Source of the DNA: Thermoproteota archaeon
GTDB lineage: Archaea > Korarchaeota > Korarchaeia > Korarchaeales > Korarchaeaceae
Direction: 5' to 3'
Assembly (NCBI GenBank): GCA_027491395.1
Contig: JAOZFI010000036.1
Span: 32,001 to 96,000 of the forward strand
DNA: 64,000 nt
Made by a program: the position numbers and the translations under genes. Position 1 is the first letter of the stretch. Each line of letters opens with the position of its first letter. Positions 19,543-27,742 of the stretch are shown in pieces. The notes beneath the pieces were generated by a model. It saw only the letters and a program-made list of their open reading frames with translations, ran no database searches and was not told where the DNA came from.

Positions 19543-22003
19543 GCTCAGGCCTCCTTAGGCGGATCGCAAGCAGTATGGCAGACGTTATCCCAACACCTAT
19601 GAGGAAATAGATGAGGCTGTTCATCAACTCGTCAAGGGACGAGTAGGTATACTCCTCTAGGGAGGAGATCTCAGCTTCCGCTCTATTGAGGATCTCGCTG
19701 GCTTTTTCGTAGGAGGCCTGATTTATCAAATCCTTAGCCTCCTCCAGCATGCCCTCTATCTCACTCATTTTCTCCTTTACTTGGGGATCCAGTCCCCCTG
19801 AAGCCTCTTTGAGCGTCTTAAATCTCCTTCTAAGATCGGCGAGCTTAGATCTGAGTGACATCTCCAATGACTCTTGACCGCCCTCCCCCACCACCTTCAC
19901 GGTCACTGTGTTTGTGGGGATGAGGAGACTGCCATTCACTGAGATGTATGTCGGGATAGTGTAGACGCCTCTCTCGGAGAATGACCCGACCACCTCGATC
20001 TCACCTGGCGCGACGAACTCCACGGAATTTCCCCTGATTCTACCCTTAGCCTCTAGAATAGACATCTTAGCCGGGAACTCGACCGTTACATTACCAGACA
20101 GGTCCTCTACCCTGATCTTCAGCCTTATCTGATCCCCTACGTTCACTTGCCTCTTATTGATCTCCACAAGGGCTCTCCCAGATACCCCGCCTATCGGTAT
20201 CTTTATCTCCTTGGTATAGATTCGCTCGGAAGCTTCGCCTTCTATGGAGTAGTAGATCACTACCTTCACAGCAGCTGGACCAACGCTCGCTGCCCTAAAG
20301 GTGAAGGTCAACTCCCTAGTAGATCCCTCCTGTAGGTCCTTCACTAACTTGGAGGTATCGGTTATCGGCTCCAGCTCATCAGACGAGTTAACGGCTACCA
20401 AGATCTTGGAGAGTGGGACCATAGTGGTGAATGTCACCTTGATCTCCACACGGTCTCCTACACTGGGGAGATCTGGAGATATCGCAATCAATGCGTTCAA
20501 CGGGTTCTCACTGGTGGATACTATCGAAATATCACCCAGCGAGATGGTATGGACCTCCCCACTTGAATCCTCAACGTATATCTCCAATGTGCCCCTGTAA
20601 TCTCCAACAGGTAAGCTCAAGGGCAGGAGGATCCTCTGTGATCCGTTACCTTGAAGCTGTATCGAGAGCGGGAACTTGAGGGATAACATGTCTCCCCTCC
20701 TCGTGGTTAAATTGAGTCTAGCCTCGATCAGGGAAAGTGATGTGGGCCCTACGTTTAAAGCCAAGATGTGAAGATCTCCCCTCCCTCCGACTAGGAAGAC
20801 GCGAGACCCGTTAAGCAGTCTAATGTCGTAAGCTTTGAGGATCTTCATCTTACGCTCGATACCGTAGATTCCATCGCTGGAAAAGCCAGTTAGATAAATC
20901 GGAACGACTATCTCTGTCTTGGGAAGGGGGAGGCTCACCTTGAGAAGGTATTTGAAGCCCTTATTTCTCAGGGATACAGATCTCCCGCCTGGAAGGAGCA
21001 GCGTCAGGTTGGATGCATCTCCCGGATCCACGGATACCTCGATGGAAGTACCACCAATGCCCTCACTAGGTGTATCCAGCCCTATGTCCAGACTGAAGTT
21101 CGGATCGGACACGAAAGTCAGCCCATCAACGATGCATGTATCGCATCGATCCGGAGACAATATCGTGTATGTGGAGGGCCCTGTCCGATCAACCCTCACC
21201 AAGTACTTCCCGTCGCCGAGGGTGTATATCCCAAGGAATTCGCGGATAGGTAATCTGCTCGTTACAGTCAGATTTACTGAAGGTCCAAAGGCCAGTAAGG
21301 AGACCTCCCCATCTTGAATGACAAACTTCGTATATGCATAGGGGTCAACGGGACCCTCCAACTCCACTTCGCTTGCAAGGGGCTTGATGAGACCGTTAAA
21401 GGAGAGGATCGTGTTATTTTTGCATATAAGCACCTCGGAGAGTTCACCTTCGTTCGTCCAGTTAACCTCGAAAATCCATCCATCTAGGGAGGAAACCCAA
21501 GAACCTCTAGATTCGTTACCCTGTATCATGGCAACGGCTTCACCATCGACTTTGGCCTCCAGGAGTTCCACGGTGGGCCTTCTCTTCGAAAGGATCGATA
21601 TCTGAAGGATCTTGTCTGAAGACGCCTTCACAAGGAAGGGTCCTACAAGAGCGTACCCGGTCGAGTTGTCGGCTCCATTGGCGGGATGGGAGACGATCGA
21701 TAGGTTCTTGAGCACGAATGTGACATTGGTACCGTTAACTAGAACCGCGTTGTAGGTGGAGTTTCCCTCCTCAAGAGGATAGTATCCCATGTCACCTATT
21801 TTCGCTATCACATCTACAACGTAGTTCACAGCCTCTATTAGGTGGAAAGATGAGAGGGCCTCTCCACCCCTGACTAAAACTATACCGCTATATCTCACGC
21901 TATCTGGTGGTTGAGCAGTTGATGGCTGAGCGTGCACACTAGGGAAGCTTATCGACAGCAATAACAGCACTGCCATAAGCGCCAGAGTCTTCCTATTCCA
22001 CAT
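19532..22003 (-). CDS. Large secreted, C-terminally membrane-anchored surface protein
   Basis: Signal peptide, beta-rich Ig/CARDB-like segments, many NxS/T sequons, C-terminal coiled coil and TM helix. Confidence 0.75.
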   Translation of the reverse strand: MWNRKTLALMAVLLLLSISFPSVHAQPSTAQPPDSVRYSGIVLVRGGEALSSFHLIEAVNYVVDVIAKIGDMGYYPLEEGNSTYNAVLVNGTNVTFVLKNLSIVSHPANGADNSTGYALVGPFLVKASSDKILQISILSKRRPTVELLEAKVDGEAVAMIQGNESRGSWVSSLDGWIFEVNWTNEGELSEVLICKNNTILSFNGLIKPLASEVELEGPVDPYAYTKFVIQDGEVSLLAFGPSVNLTVTSRLPIREFLGIYTLGDGKYLVRVDRTGPSTYTILSPDRCDTCIVDGLTFVSDPNFSLDIGLDTPSEGIGGTSIEVSVDPGDASNLTLLLPGGRSVSLRNKGFKYLLKVSLPLPKTEIVVPIYLTGFSSDGIYGIERKMKILKAYDIRLLNGSRVFLVGGRGDLHILALNVGPTSLSLIEARLNLTTRRGDMLSLKFPLSIQLQGNGSQRILLPLSLPVGDYRGTLEIYVEDSSGEVHTISLGDISIVSTSENPLNALIAISPDLPSVGDRVEIKVTFTTMVPLSKILVAVNSSDELEPITDTSKLVKDLQEGSTRELTFTFRAASVGPAAVKVVIYYSIEGEASERIYTKEIKIPIGGVSGRALVEINKRQVNVGDQIRLKIRVEDLSGNVTVEFPAKMSILEAKGRIRGNSVEFVAPGEIEVVGSFSERGVYTIPTYISVNGSLLIPTNTVTVKVVGEGGQESLEMSLRSKLADLRRRFKTLKEASGGLDPQVKEKMSEIEGMLEEAKDLINQASYEKASEILNRAEAEISSLEEYTYSSLDELMNSLIYFLIGVGITSAILLAIRLRRPEHGT

Positions 22004-22073
22004 TTTTCAGGCGTTTCATCTCTTGGGCCTATTTTACGTTTGAACGACCATCGTCGATCATTCCTTCTCAAGA

Positions 22074-23381
22074 TTAAGGCAATACCCTCTCTGGATCCCT
22101 AGGGAAGAGGGCCGCCTCCTTTATGTTGGGTAGATCCAGCATCTTCATGGTTAGCCTCTCTATCCCCACAGCGAACCCCCCATGAGGTGGTGCACCATAA
22201 GCGAAGAACTTGGTGAACCACTCAAGGCTTTTCGGATTCATCCCTTTCTCCCTTATCTGTGACACGAGTACATCGTATCTATGTTCTCTCTGACCGCCTG
22301 AGCTTAGTTCCAGCCCCTTATAGAGAAGATCAACGCTTCTAGCCCAAGTTTCATCTTCTTTCATCACGTAGAATGGTTTCACCTTGAACGGAAATCTGTT
22401 GACGAAGAAGAAGTCAGCTCCGTACTCTTGCTTCACATACTGCCATAGAAGCCTCTCGCTTTCAGTGTCGTAGTCCTCACCATATTCAACGCTCTTCCCC
22501 ATCTCCTCCAATATGTCGTACACTTTGGGGAATCTTAACTCTGGAAACGGCGTTTTTGGAACCTCCAGATCCACATTCAGTAGCTCCAACTCCTTTGACC
22601 TCTCCTCCACCACGCGTTTTATACCAGCCCTTATCATCTCCTCCTCAACCCTCATTGTATCCTGCTCATTCTCTATGAAGGCCAGCTCCACCGCTATGGA
22701 TCTGAACTCGCTTAGATGTCTGGGGGTGTGGCTGAGCTCCGCTCTCCAGTTCACGCCTAGGTCGTATATTCTCTCAAATCCCCCTATTATGGTTAACTGC
22801 CTGTGTAGCTGGGGATCCTGTCTCAAGTACGCCTCTCTATCGAAGTATTGGACCCTGAAGACCTCCGCACCACTCTCACTCGCAGCCCCTATTATGGCAG
22901 GTGTGAATACCCTCAGGAACCCATTCTCCCTCAACCATTCCTCCATGCCATGTATCAGAGATGCTTCTATCTTGAAAATGGCTTGAACTTCCGGCCTTCT
23001 GAGGTCCAGAGGACGATTATCCAATCTGGTAGGTAGCTGGGCGGGAACCTTCCAGTTGGGATCCATCGGAAGTTTAGGATGGGCTACGGAGTGCACGACG
23101 ATCTTGGCTGGCACTATCTCCCTATCCACGGCTTTAGCCTTCTTCTCAGCTACTTCCTCGCCCACGGCCTCTATGACCGATTCTTGGGTTAAATCGTCGG
23201 TGAGCTCGAATAGCTCATCGGGAGTGATTCCTCTCTTGAGGGTCAGCTGGATCTTCTCCTTCCAGTTCCTTATGACCACAAACCTGATCCTTCCTAGATC
23301 GCGTACCTCGCTGACCCAGCCGTGGACTTTCACTCTACCTTCTTCACCCATATGAATACCCTCCGACCGTCTACCTCCCAT
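22074..23381 (-). CDS. aspS: Aspartate--tRNA ligase, archaeal type
   Basis: OB-fold GWVSEVRDLG, TRLDNRPLDLRR, ELSSGGQREHR, PPHGGFAVGIERL; alternative start 23351. Confidence 0.92.
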   Translation of the reverse strand: MGGRRSEGIHMGEEGRVKVHGWVSEVRDLGRIRFVVIRNWKEKIQLTLKRGITPDELFELTDDLTQESVIEAVGEEVAEKKAKAVDREIVPAKIVVHSVAHPKLPMDPNWKVPAQLPTRLDNRPLDLRRPEVQAIFKIEASLIHGMEEWLRENGFLRVFTPAIIGAASESGAEVFRVQYFDREAYLRQDPQLHRQLTIIGGFERIYDLGVNWRAELSHTPRHLSEFRSIAVELAFIENEQDTMRVEEEMIRAGIKRVVEERSKELELLNVDLEVPKTPFPELRFPKVYDILEEMGKSVEYGEDYDTESERLLWQYVKQEYGADFFFVNRFPFKVKPFYVMKEDETWARSVDLLYKGLELSSGGQREHRYDVLVSQIREKGMNPKSLEWFTKFFAYGAPPHGGFAVGIERLTMKMLDLPNIKEAALFPRDPERVLP

Positions 23382-26287
23382 TCCTTTCCGAAGGAACTCC
23401 CTGGCACCTCTCTCTCATTGCTAATGAATTTTATAACGTTCGCATCGGAGTCCCACGCTATCTCATCGTAGTACCTCTCCAGCGCCCTTTTTACATCCTC
23501 GTCACCTTGCACATAGACTTCTATCCTCTCCAAACCTATGGTGAGACCTAATTCCTTTCTCATAAGCTGTATCCTCCTAGTAAGCTCCCTAGCGAGACCT
23601 CCCAGAATCTCCTCATCACCCATCTCCAAATTGAGGAACACGCTTCCCTCACTAAAGTCGGCATGGGCCCATTTTCCGTCAGTGGGCGCCTCTCCTAATC
23701 TAACCTCTCTCACATTCGCCTCCGTGACCAGCACATCTTTGAAGACCTCGACGGCCCTCCTAACCATATCATTCTCAGTAACGACGACCAGTTCCCTCAA
23801 AGGCTGCCTCTTCCTTATCCCGGCGTTCGATCGAGCAAATCCTGACGCGCTGATTATAGATCTGATGTGCCTCATCATATCCTCCAGCTCAGGATCGATC
23901 ATCCCGTCATCCGGATCCTTCAACAGGAGGAAGTTCACGCTATCTGGATCGTTCTCTCCTCTAAACGATTCCAAGTATATCTTCTCAGACATGAGCGGTG
24001 CGAAGATGGATAGGTAGGGCAAGGTCTCCCTCAGCACATGGAAGAGCACCTTTCCCCATTGGTCGGCCACGGATCTATCCTTTGATCTCAGCTTCTTCCT
24101 AGCTACCCTAAGATACAGGTGACTCAGGTCATCTATCAGGAACGAGAGGATCTCGTTGCTTGCTACATGGAGGTGATATTCGTTCATGCTCTCCCTGACC
24201 CTCTTCATCATGGAATGAAGCCTAGACAGAACCCACCTGTTAACAGGATCCAGCTCCTCCTTGGGAGGGAGCTGACCCAATTCCCTATCCCTAAGATAAG
24301 TTGTAGCGAATACGTAAACGTTCCATATGACTGAGAGGCGTCTCTCCATCTCCTTGAGTCCCTTCCAGGAGAACCTCAGGTCCTGCCACGGTACTTTGGT
24401 GAGGACGAAGAACCTGAAAGTGTCCCTAGCTACATTCTTCAAGATCTCCGGAGGAGGCACATAGTTCCCCAAGCGTTTGTGCATCTCCCTTCCCTTCTCA
24501 TCTAACATGAAGCCGTGCATTAGGACGGACCTGTAAGGCACTTGGTTGAAGAGGAGGGTCCCCATCCTCAGGAGGCTGAAGAACCACCCCCTTATCTGAT
24601 CATGTCCCTCCGTTATGAAATCGACGGGGAATATCTCTTGGAAGACTTCCCTGTTCCTATGAGGATACCCGACGCTGGCGAAAAAGGATACACCAGAGTC
24701 ATACCACACATCCATTATATCAGGGACCCTCCTCATCTCTCCCCCGCACTCGGGGCATTTCCATGTAACCCCATCGACCCATGGCCTATGTAGGTCCTCT
24801 AGCTTGGCTCCAGCCTTCTCCTCGATCTCCTTGGCAGAGCCTATTACCTCTACATGACCACAGCTCTCGCATCTCCAAATCGGTAGCGGAATGCCCCAAT
24901 ACCTCTGCCTCGATATTATCCAGTCCTCCAAGCCAAGCAGCCAGTCCCTGAACCTTCTCTCCCCACCCCACTTGGGGACCCACTTGGCCCTACCGCTCTC
25001 CTCGAGCAGCTTCTCTCTCAGGTCGGTCAGCTTGACGAACCACTGCTTGGTTGTCCTTATTATCAGCGGCGTGTCGCACCTCCAGCAAACGGGATACTTG
25101 TGTATAACGGTCCCCCTGTGGAACAGAGCGCCTCTCTCATCCAGATCTTCAATTATTATGTTGTTCGCTTCCCTCACTTGGAGACCAGCATACTTACCGG
25201 CGTCCTCAGTGAACCTACCCCTCTCATCCACTGGACTGACGACGGGCAGGCCGTACCTCATGCCGACCTCGAAATCCTCCTTACCGTGACCGGGAGCGCT
25301 ATGCACGCACCCGCTACCTTCTTCCATAGTGACATACTCCTCACTTAGCACGACCCTGTGCTCATCCTTGAGCCTCTGCTGAACAGAAACTAGGTCCTCT
25401 AGAGGATGCTCATACTTCAGACCTTCAAGCGTACGTCCCTCAAACTCCTCCACGATCTCGTACTTCTCTATCCCCGCATCCTTCATCACGGCCTCTAACC
25501 TAGCCTTAGCTAGGATGAGCAGGTCCCTACCGACCCTGACTTTGACATACTTCTCGTTAGGGTGCACCATGACCGCTACATTGCCGGGCAGGGTCCACGG
25601 AGTGGTCGTCCATATGAGAAGGTACTCGTTCTCACTCCCTCGAACCCTGAACTTGACGTATATGGAGGGATCCATCAGGTCCTTGTAGCTCTCACTTACC
25701 TCGTAGTCTGATAGAACGGTCTCGCATCTGGGACACCAGTGAACGGGCCTTTCTCCTTCGTAGAGTCTCCCGCTTTCCCAAATCTTCTTCACGCCCCACC
25801 AGGCGCTCTCTATGTATTCGTTCTCGAATGTCCTGTATGGACGATCCCAATCCATCGATACCGCGAACTCCTTGAAGTGCCCGGTCATGGATTTCAGATT
25901 CTTGGTCGCTAGCTCCTTACATTTCAAAACGAACTTGTCTATCCCGTAATTCTCAATGTCCTTCTTGGATGTGAAGCCCAAGGCCTTCTCGGTCATCACC
26001 TCTATGGGGAGGCCGTGAGTGTCCCATCCTGGTTTATCCAAGACGTCGTATCCCTCTCCCCTCTTGAACCTGATTACCGAGTCCTTGATTATCTTGTTCC
26101 ACACGGTTCCCGGATGGGGCATGTCAGATGACGGATAGGGGGGGCCATCTAGGAAGTGAAACCTCTTACTACCCTTCCTAGCATCTCTCAGCCTTTCGTA
26201 GACCCTAGCTTCATCCCAGAACTTCAGTATCTCAGGCTCGTACTTCTTGGGATCGAAATTCCTAGTCAGTTGCCTTACCCTGCTCAT
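23330..26287 (-). CDS. ileS: Isoleucine--tRNA ligase
   Basis: DGPPYP..HPGT (HIGH), GWDTHGLP, WTTTPWTLP, SRQRYWG, EGHDQIRGWF, EMHKR (KMSKS). Confidence 0.97.
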   Translation of the reverse strand: MSRVRQLTRNFDPKKYEPEILKFWDEARVYERLRDARKGSKRFHFLDGPPYPSSDMPHPGTVWNKIIKDSVIRFKRGEGYDVLDKPGWDTHGLPIEVMTEKALGFTSKKDIENYGIDKFVLKCKELATKNLKSMTGHFKEFAVSMDWDRPYRTFENEYIESAWWGVKKIWESGRLYEGERPVHWCPRCETVLSDYEVSESYKDLMDPSIYVKFRVRGSENEYLLIWTTTPWTLPGNVAVMVHPNEKYVKVRVGRDLLILAKARLEAVMKDAGIEKYEIVEEFEGRTLEGLKYEHPLEDLVSVQQRLKDEHRVVLSEEYVTMEEGSGCVHSAPGHGKEDFEVGMRYGLPVVSPVDERGRFTEDAGKYAGLQVREANNIIIEDLDERGALFHRGTVIHKYPVCWRCDTPLIIRTTKQWFVKLTDLREKLLEESGRAKWVPKWGGERRFRDWLLGLEDWIISRQRYWGIPLPIWRCESCGHVEVIGSAKEIEEKAGAKLEDLHRPWVDGVTWKCPECGGEMRRVPDIMDVWYDSGVSFFASVGYPHRNREVFQEIFPVDFITEGHDQIRGWFFSLLRMGTLLFNQVPYRSVLMHGFMLDEKGREMHKRLGNYVPPPEILKNVARDTFRFFVLTKVPWQDLRFSWKGLKEMERRLSVIWNVYVFATTYLRDRELGQLPPKEELDPVNRWVLSRLHSMMKRVRESMNEYHLHVASNEILSFLIDDLSHLYLRVARKKLRSKDRSVADQWGKVLFHVLRETLPYLSIFAPLMSEKIYLESFRGENDPDSVNFLLLKDPDDGMIDPELEDMMRHIRSIISASGFARSNAGIRKRQPLRELVVVTENDMVRRAVEVFKDVLVTEANVREVRLGEAPTDGKWAHADFSEGSVFLNLEMGDEEILGGLARELTRRIQLMRKELGLTIGLERIEVYVQGDEDVKRALERYYDEIAWDSDANVIKFISNEREVPGSSFGKEWEVDGRRVFIWVKKVE

Positions 26288-26365
26288 TTCCTAGGGCACC
26301 TCGCTGCGTGCTCACTCCTACGTCGACCTTCAAGTTTATAAATGAGAGCGAATACCCCCCTACGA

Positions 26366-26491
26366 GGGCGAGCGGCCATAGCGGCCGGGGACACACCCGG
26401 ACTCATTCCGAACCCGGAAGTTAAGCCCGGCCGCGTTCCGCGGAGTACTGAGCTCCGTAAGGGCTCGGGAAACGCGGAAGCCGCTAAGCCC
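26366..26491 (+). rRNA. rrf: 5S rRNA (stand-alone)
   Basis: CGGCCATAGC, CACCCGGACTCATTCCGAACCCGGAAGTTAAG conserved core, AGTA/GAA loop E, complementary ends; TTTATAAA TATA box at about 26335. Confidence 0.95.
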
Positions 26492-26493
26492 CC

Positions 26494-27609
26494 TTAACAT
26501 GTGTGCAGCAACTCATCCGCACCTACCTTCTCCGCTACATTTACGAAATCCTTCCATTTACCTTTAGTCTTCGGCTTCTTAGGGACGAATGGGCACGAAA
26601 TATCATACGATACGGATACATCATAGGTCCCGACCTCCTTCGCTAGCTTGACTATATCGTCCTTATCCATCCCTATCAAGGGCCTGAGAACTGGCTTTTC
26701 TAAGCACCTGCTCTCCACCTCTAGGTTATCTAGGGTCTGACTCGCCACTTGGCCTAGGGAGTCGCCCGTGACTATGGCGCTGGCTCCCATCTCCTTGGCC
26801 ATCTTATTGGCGATGACGAGCATCCTCCTTTTGCAGAGGAGGCATGTCCACTCCCTTGCGCCCCTCTCGACGAACTCCTTCAGGGCCGATCCATGTTCTA
26901 TCACCACAGGCTTGAACTTAGCGCCATGGGAGTACCGCTTCAGCACAGAGACTATCTCTCTGAATCCTCTCTCCTCCTCTGGTGTCTTCCTGAAGTGAAC
27001 AGGTATGACTGCGGCGCCTCTCCTCATCATAAGCCAGGCGGCCACGGGGCTGTCTATACCGCTGGATATGAGGGCGATCACTTTCCCCTGACTGCCAACG
27101 GGAAGCCCACCGTATCCCTCTATCCTCTCATCGGTAATGTAGGCCTTGCCCGCCACTATCTCTATAATTATCTCCTGGTCTGGACTACTAAGATCGACGG
27201 GCTTTCCCGTATTTCCCTTTATCAGCCCGCCGACCTCTCTGGCCAACTCCATTGACGTTAGGGGAAAGTCCTTGGTGACTCTCTGGACCCTGACAGCGAA
27301 ACTACCTTCCTTCTGGGTGGCTATCGAGAGGGCCACTCTCTTTATCTCATCTATCTGGGCTTCGGTCTCGATGGAGGGGCTGTAGGACTTCACACCGAAC
27401 ACCCACTTGGTGACCTCCCTGACCCGAGGATCTGATGTGTATACCACAATTCTGCTAGCTCTCTTGACGATCTTGATGAAGTGAACTCCTTCCGCTCTGA
27501 AGGTCTCCTCCAAATTCCTGATCAATAATCTCTCCATCTCTCTCCTGACGTGCGAGGATTTCAGGCCTATCTCGGAGTACCTCACTATCAGGGAGTTGAA
27601 CTTATTCAA
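26494..27609 (-). CDS. thiI: tRNA 4-thiouridine(8) synthase ThiI
   Basis: RYSEIGLKS, THUMP domain, SSGIDSPVA, CLLCKRRM, TGDSLGQVASQTL. Confidence 0.93.
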   Translation of the reverse strand: MNKFNSLIVRYSEIGLKSSHVRREMERLLIRNLEETFRAEGVHFIKIVKRASRIVVYTSDPRVREVTKWVFGVKSYSPSIETEAQIDEIKRVALSIATQKEGSFAVRVQRVTKDFPLTSMELAREVGGLIKGNTGKPVDLSSPDQEIIIEIVAGKAYITDERIEGYGGLPVGSQGKVIALISSGIDSPVAAWLMMRRGAAVIPVHFRKTPEEERGFREIVSVLKRYSHGAKFKPVVIEHGSALKEFVERGAREWTCLLCKRRMLVIANKMAKEMGASAIVTGDSLGQVASQTLDNLEVESRCLEKPVLRPLIGMDKDDIVKLAKEVGTYDVSVSYDISCPFVPKKPKTKGKWKDFVNVAEKVGADELLHTC

Positions 27610-27692
27610 AGGATCACCGGGCTACTTGGATGTCTTCCCAAAAATCTATCGCTGCTTATCGCGAGATGTCCGATAAAGATTTTACGAGCAAC

Positions 27693-27719
27693 AGGAGGCG
27701 AAACCTTAAAGCGCCTCCT
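27693..27719. promoter_or_regulatory. Inverted repeat enclosing the TATA-like box of the polB gene at 27743
   Basis: AGGAGGCG (27693-27700) aaaccttaaag CGCCTCCT (27712-27719). Confidence 0.4.
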
Positions 27720-27742
27720 CATCTAATTAGGAGAGGAGCATC

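Noticed and set aside
24470-24500. IleRS KMSKS motif reading EMHKR as a sign of inactivation
   Set aside because: EMHK-type variants occur in crenarchaeal-type IleRS and all other motifs are intact
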